A DNA stretch of 64,000 nt from positions 3,168,001-3,232,000 of the forward strand of contig OZ220744.1 in assembly GCA_965116925.1 (NCBI GenBank), in the 5' to 3' direction. Every line of letters starts with the position of its first letter. Position 1 is the first letter of the stretch. A model generated the notes under the pieces. The model made no database searches, was not told the DNA's origin, and saw only the letters and a program-made list of their open reading frames with translations. Below are positions 1-9,387 of this stretch, piece after piece. Both the position numbers and the translations under genes were made by a program. Source of the stretch: Candidatus Poribacteria bacterium (GTDB lineage Bacteria; Poribacteria; WGA-4E; PCPOR2b).

Positions 1-1
1 C

Positions 2-418
2 GGTATTGCTGCGATGCCGTACCGAGTGGGACGCGGCACCGCTTTTGGGGACTACGACAACGATGGCGATGTCGATATCTTTATCGTCAACAACCACGGT
101 CCCGCAGTTTTACTCCGAAACGAAGGGGGCAATCGCAACAACTATCTGCACATCAAACTCATTGGCACGAAAGGCAACCGTGACGCCGTCGGGGCAAGGA
201 TTCGACTCAAGGCGGGAGATCACATACAGCTGCGCGAAATCAACGCCGGCGCAAGCTATCTCTCCTTCAACAGCTTAACCGCTGAGTTCGGACTCGCACA
301 AGAAACTACAGTCGATTGGATTGAAGTAATCTGGTTGGGCGGGGATACCGAACGCTTCACCGGTATGGGTGTAAATCAGCGGGTGGTCCTAACGGAGGGA
401 AGCGGAACTCCAAAATAA
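2..418 (+). CDS. C-terminal part of a CRTAC1-like FG-GAP + ASPIC/UnbV protein (5'-truncated by window edge)
   Basis: GDYDNDGDVD FG-GAP motif followed by GNRDAVGARI..GASYLS..FGL..IEVIW, typical of ASPIC/UnbV; frame open from base 2. Confidence 0.85.
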   Translation, partial: GIAAMPYRVGRGTAFGDYDNDGDVDIFIVNNHGPAVLLRNEGGNRNNYLHIKLIGTKGNRDAVGARIRLKAGDHIQLREINAGASYLSFNSLTAEFGLAQETTVDWIEVIWLGGDTERFTGMGVNQRVVLTEGSGTPK

Positions 419-584
419 TGCTAGATAGCGATAATTCTGCTACTCCTATCTCACTCCAGAGGAGTCCGTAGGTTGGGTTGAACGGAATTAATGAAAAATG
501 CCACACATGACAATTGAGGTTAGAGGAGCTGTTCCGGTTGAAAGTTCATAAGTGGAGTAAAACCCAACATTTGATCTACTAGTC

Positions 585-2801
585 CTACCTCCCGCGCTCC
601 CGCCGCCAGATCGTCACCACAGCTGGAATCGTTCCAACAATCAGAAACCCGATAACACCCCAAACGGGCCAAAGGACCGGCTCATTCCACGCTTCCTGCC
701 GCCGAGCGCGCAATGTACTGTCAATCCGTTTATATTTGAGAGTATTATAGCCGGTGGTATTGGGTTTCCCATTTTTCAACCATTCGTGATAAAGGCTAAA
801 ATTGACACGGTGATAAGCAAATACCCAAGGCGCGTCGCGTTGCAGGATTGATTTCATCTTTCGGATAATCTGGAGCCGTTCAGGCGAGTTGTCCATGTTT
901 TGCACCTGATCAAACAGCCGATTGAATTCCGGATTATCGTAATTGGCGACATTCTCCCCATCAAATTTGAGTTTACTATTCGGTCCGTAGAGCAGAAAGA
1001 GGAAGTTCTCTGGATCTGGATAGTCCGCATGCCAACCCCACATCAGGATCTGAGAGCTGCCATTTCGCACCTTGTCTCGAAAACGGTTATAGTCCGTTGT
1101 TCGGACTTCCAACGTAATACCGATCAGCTCAAACCGCTTACGCACCCAATTCAGGAAAGAGGTCGCTTGCGGTCCCGTTCGGTAGTTGTCAAAATAAAGA
1201 ACGAGCGGATTGCCATCTCTGTCCTGACCGCCGGGGAATCCCGCTTCAGCGAGGAGTTGACGCGCCTCCTCCAACGATTTGCGAGTTGCCCCCTGTTCCG
1301 CATCCCAGCTATAGACATACGGGTTGATGCCGATCTCGCCCTCCTCATATCCGAAGATACCGGGCGGAATCGGGTTATGTGAAGGGATACCGCGTCCGTT
1401 GAGAAAAATTTCGATATATTCCTCATAGTCCAGCGCAATCGAGATTGCCTGACGGAGTTTCCGACGATCTTCGGTGTAGCCACCAACCACATCGTCAAGC
1501 ATATTGAAAGCGAGATATATTGTGGTCACATCCACATTTGTTTGTAGTAGGATGTTGCGCGCTTTCAACAGTTCGCTCGTCCGTGGGTCACCCGTATCGG
1601 AGAACGTGATCGCCTGATCAAAGGTATCCGAGGAGATGCCGGATACATCGTAATACCCTTGCAGAAATTTAGCCCAGCGGGGGATATACTCCTTTTCCAG
1701 CTTGTAGACCGCTCTGGGAATCAGCGGCAATTTTGCACCTGCATCGACGAGTAATCCCGCTTCCCTATCACCGACTTCGCCTTCTGTGGGGTATAATTCA
1801 GTGTGAAAATTCTCATTACGGACGAGAACAATCTCCTTGTGTGGCTTAAAGGTATCAAGGCGATAGGGACCCGTCCCGATCGGAAATCGATCTATTGTGA
1901 TGTTCCGATCCTTCAGCGCGGTCTGCCCATAAAAGTCGATGACCTCCTTGGGCATCGGTGCAAAGAAAGGCATCGCCAGCCAGTAAATAAATTGTGGATA
2001 TTTGGTTTTGAGAATGATTTGGTAGGTGTAACGGTCAATGACCTTGACTCCCGGAAATGGGAAGGCATCTATATCTAAGGCGATAGGATTCTCGCGCTCA
2101 TCGACAGCCTGATTATAGGTAGCACCCGCCGCAGCCCGGCGTTTCTCGCGCGCTGCCGCTAGCGTGTCTCGTAATGCTTGTGCGTATTCTCCCATGCCCA
2201 AAATATAATTATCGAGTAGACTCAAGAGAGGGCAAGCGACCCTCGGATCTGCCAACCGCTTAATCTGGTGGACGTAATCAGCGGCGATTAGCTCCCGTGA
2301 GCCCGTTTCAGGAAAATCGCTCACCTCATAGATTCCTTGTACATCGTCGGCTGTCAACGTATGATAGCGGAAATTGCCCTTTGCGTCCTTCGCAAAGCAC
2401 GGATGGCGTTGATACTCGATTCCGGGACGGATACGAATTTCATATACCGCTTTTGCAACCTGTTCAGGGTGGACGTCACCCGGCAAAGGATTTCCTTCGG
2501 GGTCAAAATAACGCGGTTTCGGCACAGATTCAGCTGTCAATGGGATTAGCTGATATGGCCGCTTGAGGTAATGGTACTGAAGCGGAGGCTCGTAGATCTG
2601 TTGGATAAAGCGGTACTCACCTGAACTGTACGAAACCGCCGGGTCCAGATGTTTCGGCTCCTCCGAAAAAGTGCCATAGTAGATCTCCTGCGTATGCTCT
2701 GATACCGGATAGGGATGATTGGGAATACACCCCGCTCCCCAAAGGACAAGGGCGATGAACCACAGTCGGTTCACGGTGCATGTCAGCTCATATCGCTTCA
2801 T
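585..2801 (-). CDS. ABC transporter family-5 (peptide/nickel) substrate-binding lipoprotein with C-terminal TM helix
   Basis: GAGC lipobox; HLDPA, PIGTGPY, WHADYPDPENF motifs; hydrophobic C-terminus. Confidence 0.85.
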   Translation of the reverse strand: MKRYELTCTVNRLWFIALVLWGAGCIPNHPYPVSEHTQEIYYGTFSEEPKHLDPAVSYSSGEYRFIQQIYEPPLQYHYLKRPYQLIPLTAESVPKPRYFDPEGNPLPGDVHPEQVAKAVYEIRIRPGIEYQRHPCFAKDAKGNFRYHTLTADDVQGIYEVSDFPETGSRELIAADYVHQIKRLADPRVACPLLSLLDNYILGMGEYAQALRDTLAAAREKRRAAAGATYNQAVDERENPIALDIDAFPFPGVKVIDRYTYQIILKTKYPQFIYWLAMPFFAPMPKEVIDFYGQTALKDRNITIDRFPIGTGPYRLDTFKPHKEIVLVRNENFHTELYPTEGEVGDREAGLLVDAGAKLPLIPRAVYKLEKEYIPRWAKFLQGYYDVSGISSDTFDQAITFSDTGDPRTSELLKARNILLQTNVDVTTIYLAFNMLDDVVGGYTEDRRKLRQAISIALDYEEYIEIFLNGRGIPSHNPIPPGIFGYEEGEIGINPYVYSWDAEQGATRKSLEEARQLLAEAGFPGGQDRDGNPLVLYFDNYRTGPQATSFLNWVRKRFELIGITLEVRTTDYNRFRDKVRNGSSQILMWGWHADYPDPENFLFLLYGPNSKLKFDGENVANYDNPEFNRLFDQVQNMDNSPERLQIIRKMKSILQRDAPWVFAYHRVNFSLYHEWLKNGKPNTTGYNTLKYKRIDSTLRARRQEAWNEPVLWPVWGVIGFLIVGTIPAVVTIWRRERGR

Positions 2802-2859
2802 GAAGTTTCTCCATATTGAGTAGGTTCAATGATTTCAGAGGCGGAGGTATTTATTAAAA

Positions 2860-3110
2860 TAACCTAAGTTGCTAGTCGTTGAAAGTCTACCGTTTTTTGC
2901 CGGGGCGGGTCACCCCGACCATCTGGTCGGTCCTTTGTCTTTCGCTCCAGAGGAGCGATATGTCTATAGAACCGCAATAGGGTGGATACCCGCGCTCCAG
3001 AGGAGCGCAATGTGTATAGCCAGGGCCAAGCACTGCCGATAAATTCAGGTCCTAGGAACGGATTGGCGAAGTCGGAACCGAGCGGGTCTTATAACTAGCA
3101 ACTTGCGTTA
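2860..3110. mobile_element. MITE family C (TIR TAACCTAAGTTGCTAG...CTAGCAACTTGCGTTA)
   Basis: Imperfect 16-bp TIRs; other copies 3259-3419, 47370-47586, 61948-62247; 3-4 bp flanking direct repeats. Confidence 0.7.
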
Positions 3111-3113
3111 AAA

Positions 3114-3254
3114 TAGGAGTTACGCACTTCAGATTGTAGTTGCCCGATTCATCGGGCGTATTGTAGTTGCCTGATTTATCAGGCGTATTGTGGTTGCCGG
3201 CGGCGATAAATCGCCGAACTACAAGGCGTTGAGCGTTCAACTGCGTAAGTCCTA
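3114..3254. mobile_element. MITE family B (TIR TAGGA[C/G]TTACGCA...TGCGTAAGTCCTA) carrying inverted GTAG hairpins
   Basis: 13-bp TIRs; copies 3998-4363, 6879-7041, 39956-40093, 55438-55703, 61956-62094. Confidence 0.8.
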
Positions 3255-3258
3255 AAAG

Positions 3259-3419
3259 TAACGCAAGTTGCTAGTAGCCAGCATATTCCAACCAATAACC
3301 CCTAATCCCTGTGCAAATTGTATCATTTATGTAGGTCAATTTTCCAAAATCGACGATTGGGTGTCGAGATGTGAATCTCGACCTACTGATAGGTTTCCAA
3401 TAACTAGCAATTTAGGTTA
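3259..3419. mobile_element. MITE family C copy
   Basis: TAACGCAAGTTGCTAG...CTAGCAATTTAGGTTA; AAAG on both flanks; GTAGGTC hairpins inside. Confidence 0.7.
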
Positions 3420-3541
3420 AAAGTATTAGGCACACTCCGTGTGCCGTAACCCATAGTCAGTTGACAGAATATCCGTGGTTGTCGATTGTGTCAATAAAAA
3501 AATAAAACGTTGTTAGTGGCATAGTCGGTAGAGCAAAATCC

Positions 3542-3900
3542 TAGGGGCATTTATAGTGAATTCAAAAGATAAAGAAACACTTGCGCTCCCCCGGTAGGTG
3601 CGGTTTGTAACCGCACCGGTTTGGCGTGTTTCATTAATTCTAAAATCTACTATAGTTTTAGGTTTTTTAACCGATCTCGGAATGGCCCAAAGTTGTAGGC
3701 GGGGCATCTAGTCTCCCCGCCGTAGTCCCGACCGGGAGATCGAGCTACGGGAGAATTAAATGACCCTAATAAACCTATAGGGTCATTTAGTTTTAGGTTT
3801 TTTGAATGATTTTGAAATGACCCGAACCCGTAGGCGGGGCATCTTGCCCCGCCGTAACTTCGACCGGGAGATTGAACTACGGGAGAATTAAATGACCCTA
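3542..3900. mobile_element. Two adjacent MITE family D copies (TIR TAGGG[G/T]CATTTA...TAAATGACCCTA); the first contains a family A element at 3552-3654
   Basis: Copies 3542-3768 and 3778-3900; shared GTAGGCGGGGCATC hairpin. Confidence 0.75.
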
Positions 3901-3997
3901 ATGACCCTATGAAAATGCTTGAATCAATTGATGAATTGTGATATACTGCTATAGTAACTTCAGGATATATGCTTTGACAAGCCGTAAGATACAATAT

Positions 3998-4363
3998 TAG
4001 GACTTATGCACTTCAGCGTTTTGACCTGTCAGGGACCTGCCAAATCCCTGACATTTGGCAAAGTTATGGTGCCATTTCAGTGAAAAACGGTTCATAAATA
4101 GGGCGTATTTGGCAGGGCAAAAAGCCATCTGGGCACACTTTCTGTTGGGTGCTAAAAATCTACAAACGCTCTGAAGCTAGGCCCCATCAGGGTTCAAAGA
4201 GACATCGGCTAATAATGAGCTCCCGATATGAGGTTAAATTTTTTTTTGGACCTGCCAGTGCCCTGCCAAATTACCGAATCGTGTCGGTAGGCCATTGAAA
4301 CGACGGTGTAATCTCCGTTACGCCGAAGGGGTTAGCTTTTACCATTCAACGGCGTAAGTCCTA
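3998..4363. mobile_element. Long family B element with a different interior
   Basis: TAGGACTTATGCA...GGCGTAAGTCCTA; internal CCTGCCAAAT/ATTTGGCAGG repeats. Confidence 0.6.
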
Positions 4364-4477
4364 AAAATATAACAACCTTGATCAAAAAGTAATCAAATCC
4401 TACGTAGGAATCGCTAGAACATTATAGTAGAAGATAAATGATGAGGGGCTGGCATGTACTGTCAATCAGGAGGTAAC

Positions 4478-4803
4478 TAGGGTCATTTATGGTGAATTCA
4501 AAAAATAAAGAAACACTTGCGCTCCCCGCGTTTGGTAGGCACTGTTTTCAACTGCGCCGATTTGCAGTGTTTCATTAATTCTGAGATCTACTATAGTTTT
4601 CGATTTTAGGTCATGTCCCGTTGTTCGTAGTCGCACATTCTATCCACACCCGGTAGGCGGGGCATCTTGCCCCGCCGTTGGGCGTCGTGCGTTCATTGTA
4701 CATTGTTAAGGTAGGTATGGCTGTCGTCTTTAATCCGTGTAATCCGTTAATCCGTGTTAATCCGCGATTCAGACAATAATATCCAGAGGATTAAATGCTC
4801 CTA
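4478..4803. mobile_element. Composite MITE (family D shell + family A at 4488-4595) inserted at the BMC-H RBS
   Basis: 9-bp direct repeat GGAGGTAAC at 4469-4477 and 4804-4812. Confidence 0.8.
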
Positions 4804-4822
4804 GGAGGTAACAATATCGATT

Positions 4823-5155
4823 ATGGCTGGAGAAGCTTTAGGGTTGGTTGAAACGAGAGGATTGGTTGGAAGCATCGAAGCGGCTGACGCAATGGTCAAA
4901 GCGGCAAATGTCCAACTTATCGGCTATGAAAAGATCGGCGGCGGGTATGTTACCGTCATGGTCCGTGGCGATGTCGGTGCTGTCAAAGCAGCCACAGATG
5001 CCGGGGCAGAAGCAGCTGCACGCGTCGGAGAAGTTGTATCGATCCACGTCATCCCACGACCACATGCAGATGTTGAATCGGTTTTACCCGTCCAAGAACA
5101 ATCCGATGACGACGCGTTGACGATTGATATTGCCAACGATGAAGCAGCAAATTGA
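4823..5155 (+). CDS. Bacterial microcompartment hexameric shell protein (BMC-H, PduA/EutM-like) with acidic tail
   Basis: [42 protein letters not shown]. Confidence 0.95.
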   Translation: MAGEALGLVETRGLVGSIEAADAMVKAANVQLIGYEKIGGGYVTVMVRGDVGAVKAATDAGAEAAARVGEVVSIHVIPRPHADVESVLPVQEQSDDDALTIDIANDEAAN

Positions 5156-5176
5156 TAGAGTTAGGAAAGATCGCGG

Positions 5177-5887
5177 ATGAATGACAAGGCACTCATTGAA
5201 TTGGTCACTCATAAAGTGCTTGAACAACTGAAGCAAGATGAAGCACCTTGTGGTGGCTGTGCCTTGCGAACCTGCGGGGCTGGACAGCGTGCCTGTGACG
5301 CTGTCGTTCAGCAGCAGCAAATTCCGGTCGGTGTTTCTGCGCGACATGCACATGTCACTCAAGAACACTTAGAGATTTTGTACGGCGAGGGGCATCAATT
5401 AACAATTCACGCCCCTTTATACCAACCCGGTGCATTCGCAGCGAAGGAGACATTAACCGTCGTTGGACGACGTATGCAAGCAGTTGAGGGGCTTCGGATT
5501 CTCGGTCCCGTGAGAGATTATTCTCAGGTTGAACTTGCACAGACCGATGCGATTCGCTTGGGACTGAATCCACCGATTCGCGATTCGGGTGATCTCGCCG
5601 GTTCCGAGTCGATTGTATTAATCGGTCCCAAAGGATCTATTCACTTGGAAGAAGGTGCAATCTGTGCAACGCGGCATATTCACATGACTCCCCAAGATGC
5701 AGAAAATTGGGGGATACGCGAAGGAGATCTGTTAACAGTTCGCATTCCCGGCGAGCGAGCGTTGACCTTTGAGAACATTCATCCGAAAATATCACCAAGC
5801 TATGTGCCGCAGATGCATCTAGATACAGATGACGCTAACGCTGCCGGTTTGCGAGGGGGAGAAGGCGTCGAGTTGCTGAGAGATTAG
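5177..5887 (+). CDS. pduL: Phosphate propanoyltransferase (BMC phosphotransacylase) with N-terminal encapsulation peptide
   Basis: IPVGVSARHAH, QPGAFAAKE, RILGPVR, RHIHM, MHLDTDDANA; amphipathic N-terminal helix. Confidence 0.92.
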   Translation: MNDKALIELVTHKVLEQLKQDEAPCGGCALRTCGAGQRACDAVVQQQQIPVGVSARHAHVTQEHLEILYGEGHQLTIHAPLYQPGAFAAKETLTVVGRRMQAVEGLRILGPVRDYSQVELAQTDAIRLGLNPPIRDSGDLAGSESIVLIGPKGSIHLEEGAICATRHIHMTPQDAENWGIREGDLLTVRIPGERALTFENIHPKISPSYVPQMHLDTDDANAAGLRGGEGVELLRD

Positions 5888-5897
5888 GGGTAACTAA

Positions 5898-6659
5898 GTG
5901 GAGTTCAGTCCAGAAATCATTCGGCGGATTGAAGCAGAAGTAGCGAAAGCTCTTAAACAACAAGGAGTCGCTTTGACACCTGCCCAATCCGATAAACGGA
6001 TTCTGGCGATATTTGATGCCGCTGAAGTAGATCTCGCACCTGCTCTCGAACAGCTTGATAACTGTATTCAGGGTGGCTATGCCATTACAGCCATTTTGTC
6101 AGATATAGCGGCGAAGATCTTGGATATTTCCCGTATCCGATCCACATGCGGACAAGAACAGGTTTTCATAGCCAGTGAAATTACAAACCTTCAGCCTTTC
6201 GCTGAAGATTTCTCCGCAGTCATTATTCCAACGCTATCGTGCGCGATGGCGGCGAAACTGAGTTTAGGCATGGGGGATACGCCATGCGCTTACCTTGTGT
6301 TCCGAGCAATGCTTCGGGGGAGCAGGGTAATAGTAATGTCTGAGGGCTTTGAAGTCTCAGAGGAGCCTGAAATCCCACCTGAAATTTCAAAGTTAGGGAA
6401 AAATTACATCAAAACTTTGTCAGACTTTGGGGTTCAATTTGTTACCGCCGATCAGCTCGCTGAGACAATTCTAAGCAATGGTACGCAGCGTTTTAACCCA
6501 GCGAACGCAATAGGTGGGCAAAACATTATCACCGCCTCGGTGATTGCTGGGCTTCCACCAAATGTGCGTGAATTTCGTTACACCAATCCAGCGATCATTA
6601 CACCGCTTGCGCGGGATTTAGCAGCCCGAAAGGGCATTCGGCTCGTGGCAATAGATTAA
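5898..6659 (+). CDS. BMC-associated flavoprotein-like/PduM-like protein
   Basis: Encapsulation-peptide-like N-terminus; PTLS..AAKLSLGMGD; C-terminal IITPLARDLA motif; operonic with pduL. Confidence 0.65.
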   Translation: MEFSPEIIRRIEAEVAKALKQQGVALTPAQSDKRILAIFDAAEVDLAPALEQLDNCIQGGYAITAILSDIAAKILDISRIRSTCGQEQVFIASEITNLQPFAEDFSAVIIPTLSCAMAAKLSLGMGDTPCAYLVFRAMLRGSRVIVMSEGFEVSEEPEIPPEISKLGKNYIKTLSDFGVQFVTADQLAETILSNGTQRFNPANAIGGQNIITASVIAGLPPNVREFRYTNPAIITPLARDLAARKGIRLVAID

Positions 6660-6878
6660 AACCTGCAGGTTCATGTTAAAAAATCACGCAACAAGAACCG
6701 ATTTATAGTAAGTTCTAAGAATAAATAGACATTAAAAGTAGATAGTCTTTTGTACCACAATCTGTTAGATTGTGATCCCCTTTCGCCAACTAACAGTTCG
6801 TGCTACATTTGACGGATTGCCCCCTTGTGCTTTACACTTTCTTTTCACCTGAGCTAATCTGCAAAACCAATACTTGGT

Positions 6879-7041
6879 TAGGAGTTACGCAGTTGAATGC
6901 TCAACGTTTTGTAGTTCGGCGATTTATCGCCTCTGTACACTCGTCCCAACGCCCGATGAATCGGGCAACTACAACAGAGATTCCATAAGGGATTCGTAGG
7001 GAACGCAGATCTGCGTTCCCTACTGAAGTGCGTAAGTCCTA
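6879..7041. mobile_element. MITE family B copy
   Basis: TIRs with TTGGT direct repeat on both flanks. Confidence 0.8.
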
Positions 7042-7234
7042 TTGGTATCGTTTTTGCCACAGTTGTGTATCTCTATTGCTACGATTTGAACGCAACGGAC
7101 ACCAGATCGTCCTACCACTGTAGGGCAAACAGACCTTAAATCAATTGATAATGAACAAAACGCTTTCACGTTTCACGCATTACGTTTCACGCTTTTACAC
7201 CTTGCACTTTCTTTTGAGATAAGCCAATCAACTA

Positions 7235-7250
7235 TGGCATCTAAATTGCT
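7235..7250 (+). promoter_or_regulatory. Sigma-54 (-24/-12) promoter
   Basis: TGGCAT-CTAAA-TTGCT, GG-N10-GC spacing, about 140 bp upstream of ATG 7391. Confidence 0.65.
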
Positions 7251-7390
7251 ACTGATACAGATTACGACGTTCTATTGGTGGATAACGTCAAGTTCGCTCA
7301 TGGACTGTAGTTTCATGGGCGAACTCCTTGCATTGCGCAAGGGAGTCACGAAAATCCGCTTTGCTAGATGCACCTAAAAGGAGAGTTTCC

Positions 7391-9130
7391 ATGAAATTTC
7401 GCATCCCGACTGCCGTATGCCCGATGCTAATAATCGTCTTATTGACGCTCATGCCCCATGCTGCGCTAGCAGACTACGGCTACTTTTCGGACCGAATCAG
7501 TCGTGAACACCGAGACGCAGGTGATGTTGAAGACTGGGTTGAGCGCGGCAATGCGACTGTCACAGCAAGTCCTCGCTTTGAAAGCGGGATCCGCCTGACA
7601 GCTTGGGCAAATGAATTTGATAGAGAGGAAGACTACGAATTTGCTATAGCCAGTGCAGTCTATCTTTTTGAGATACCTCGACGAGCTCAGTATGTCGAGA
7701 TTTTGGTGCGCTACCGAGGGGAACCCCATCGGGCGGACTTTGATTACGAGGAGATTGCAGGGCGTGTTTGGATTCGCAATACCAAGCGTGAATATGCCCG
7801 CAGGAACTATAATGATAACGGTGAGGAGGAAACCCTCTACGGCGATACCTTCTTTTTACGCGCAAAACGTCGCTCAGAGACAATAAAGATTGCAACAGCA
7901 GGACATGTGGATAACGGTATCCTTGAAATGCACATAGTCGCTGAAAATGGCGAGCAACTTGATATCGAATATGTTGATGTTGTTACCTATCAACGACAAC
8001 CCGATGTTCGTGTTATACACCGTTACGCGCGAGATTACCACTGGCAACCTTGGCACAGATATACCTATCTCTATTTTTACGATGGCCCATTCTATTACTG
8101 CACGGATCTAGGGTATTACATCCGATGGAATTACCCAGTCTATGACCATCACTACCTTGCCATTCGTCGCACCTATGGCGGTTACCTCCACAACTACTAT
8201 CGCCGTTACCCGCGTCGCTACCACCGCGACTCCTACTACCATGTGAATGTCCATGTTGATAAATCGCCTAAGACGCGACGGCTGAATCGATGGACCCCAA
8301 CGCATGAAACGACCCGCCGCGAATATTCACGAAGCCGATTGTCAGTCACCAGATCGAAAGTGACCAGAACCGATGTACAAACCCGTGTCCGCACGCTAAT
8401 CACAGAGCATCGTCAGACACCAACGCTTTCGGATCGAGTCATCCAACGGTCAACGCTTTCTCAAAAGCGGAGACTTCCTAGTACAAGGAATAAGTCGAAT
8501 ACCACAATGCAACGACAGCGGGGTAATCAGCGTTCTGCCAGAGACACATCCACCCGATCGTATCCCTCAACTCAACGGAAACTTCCGAATACAAGGAATG
8601 AGTCGAACACGACAATACAACGACAGCGCAATAACCAGCGTCCCGCTAGTGACATCTCAACCCGATCTTACCGCTCAACTCAGCAGATCCTAAAACGTAA
8701 ACGTTTAAATTCAGTTGAGAGGGAACCTCGATCTAGCCTACAACCGCGCAACCGGCAACCTCGCACCTACCAGTATGATCGCTTCCGGTTTGCTCCACAG
8801 GACAAGCGTTCATCGGATAGTGAAGTCTCGACCCGATCCAACGCGGAACGACGGGCGCGCCTTTATAACCGAACGCAGTCTTCTTCGAGAAGTCGGTTGA
8901 GTACACCACCCTCTTCACGTAGCCGATCTTCAACCGTCAAACAAAGGACAGAAACGCGTAGTCGATCCACACAACCAAGATCTCGTTCATCTACCTCTGC
9001 TGCTCCGCGTGTCCAGAGACCAACAACTAAACAGACAACTTCAAGTTCAAGCAGCAAAGATGACGACGATGAAAAACGAGAACGGAGCCGCAGTACCACA
9101 AGAACCCAAACACGCAGTCGAAGAAAATAG
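7391..9130 (+). CDS. Exported hypothetical protein with Tyr/His-rich centre and long Arg/Ser/Thr-rich tail
   Basis: AGGAG RBS before ATG 7391; signal peptide ending ALA; low-complexity C-terminal half. Confidence 0.75.
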   Translation: MKFRIPTAVCPMLIIVLLTLMPHAALADYGYFSDRISREHRDAGDVEDWVERGNATVTASPRFESGIRLTAWANEFDREEDYEFAIASAVYLFEIPRRAQYVEILVRYRGEPHRADFDYEEIAGRVWIRNTKREYARRNYNDNGEEETLYGDTFFLRAKRRSETIKIATAGHVDNGILEMHIVAENGEQLDIEYVDVVTYQRQPDVRVIHRYARDYHWQPWHRYTYLYFYDGPFYYCTDLGYYIRWNYPVYDHHYLAIRRTYGGYLHNYYRRYPRRYHRDSYYHVNVHVDKSPKTRRLNRWTPTHETTRREYSRSRLSVTRSKVTRTDVQTRVRTLITEHRQTPTLSDRVIQRSTLSQKRRLPSTRNKSNTTMQRQRGNQRSARDTSTRSYPSTQRKLPNTRNESNTTIQRQRNNQRPASDISTRSYRSTQQILKRKRLNSVEREPRSSLQPRNRQPRTYQYDRFRFAPQDKRSSDSEVSTRSNAERRARLYNRTQSSSRSRLSTPPSSRSRSSTVKQRTETRSRSTQPRSRSSTSAAPRVQRPTTKQTTSSSSSKDDDDEKRERSRSTTRTQTRSRRK

Positions 9131-9190
9131 GGCTAACTTGCAACTAAAATAAAAAATAAAACGGTTAAGGCGGAATTTCTGCCGTAACTG

Positions 9191-9313
9191 TAAGGGCATT
9201 TAGTTTTTGGTTTTTTGACCGGTTTTGGAACGGCCCGAACCCGTAGGCGGGGCATCTTGCCCCGCCGTTGCGTTAACCAAGACATCGAGCTACGGAAGAA
9301 TTAAATGACCCTA
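9191..9313. mobile_element. MITE family D copy (no family A insert)
   Basis: Perfect 10-bp direct repeat GCCGTAACTG at 9181-9190 and 9314-9323. Confidence 0.85.
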
Positions 9314-9332
9314 GCCGTAACTGTTTTTTTTA

Positions 9333-9361
9333 TTGACAACGCTTTCAAGTTTTGCTATTAT
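9333..9361 (+). promoter_or_regulatory. Sigma-70 promoter
   Basis: TTGACA-17 bp-TATTAT with TG extension. Confidence 0.65.
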
Positions 9362-9387
9362 ACCCTTTTAGGGAGAGGTATAAGAAT

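Noticed and set aside
3052..3994. Short ORFs 3052-3240, 3513-3707, 3650-3994
   Set aside because: Lie within stacked MITEs; similar peptides recur wherever the repeat does (e.g. 39885-40079)
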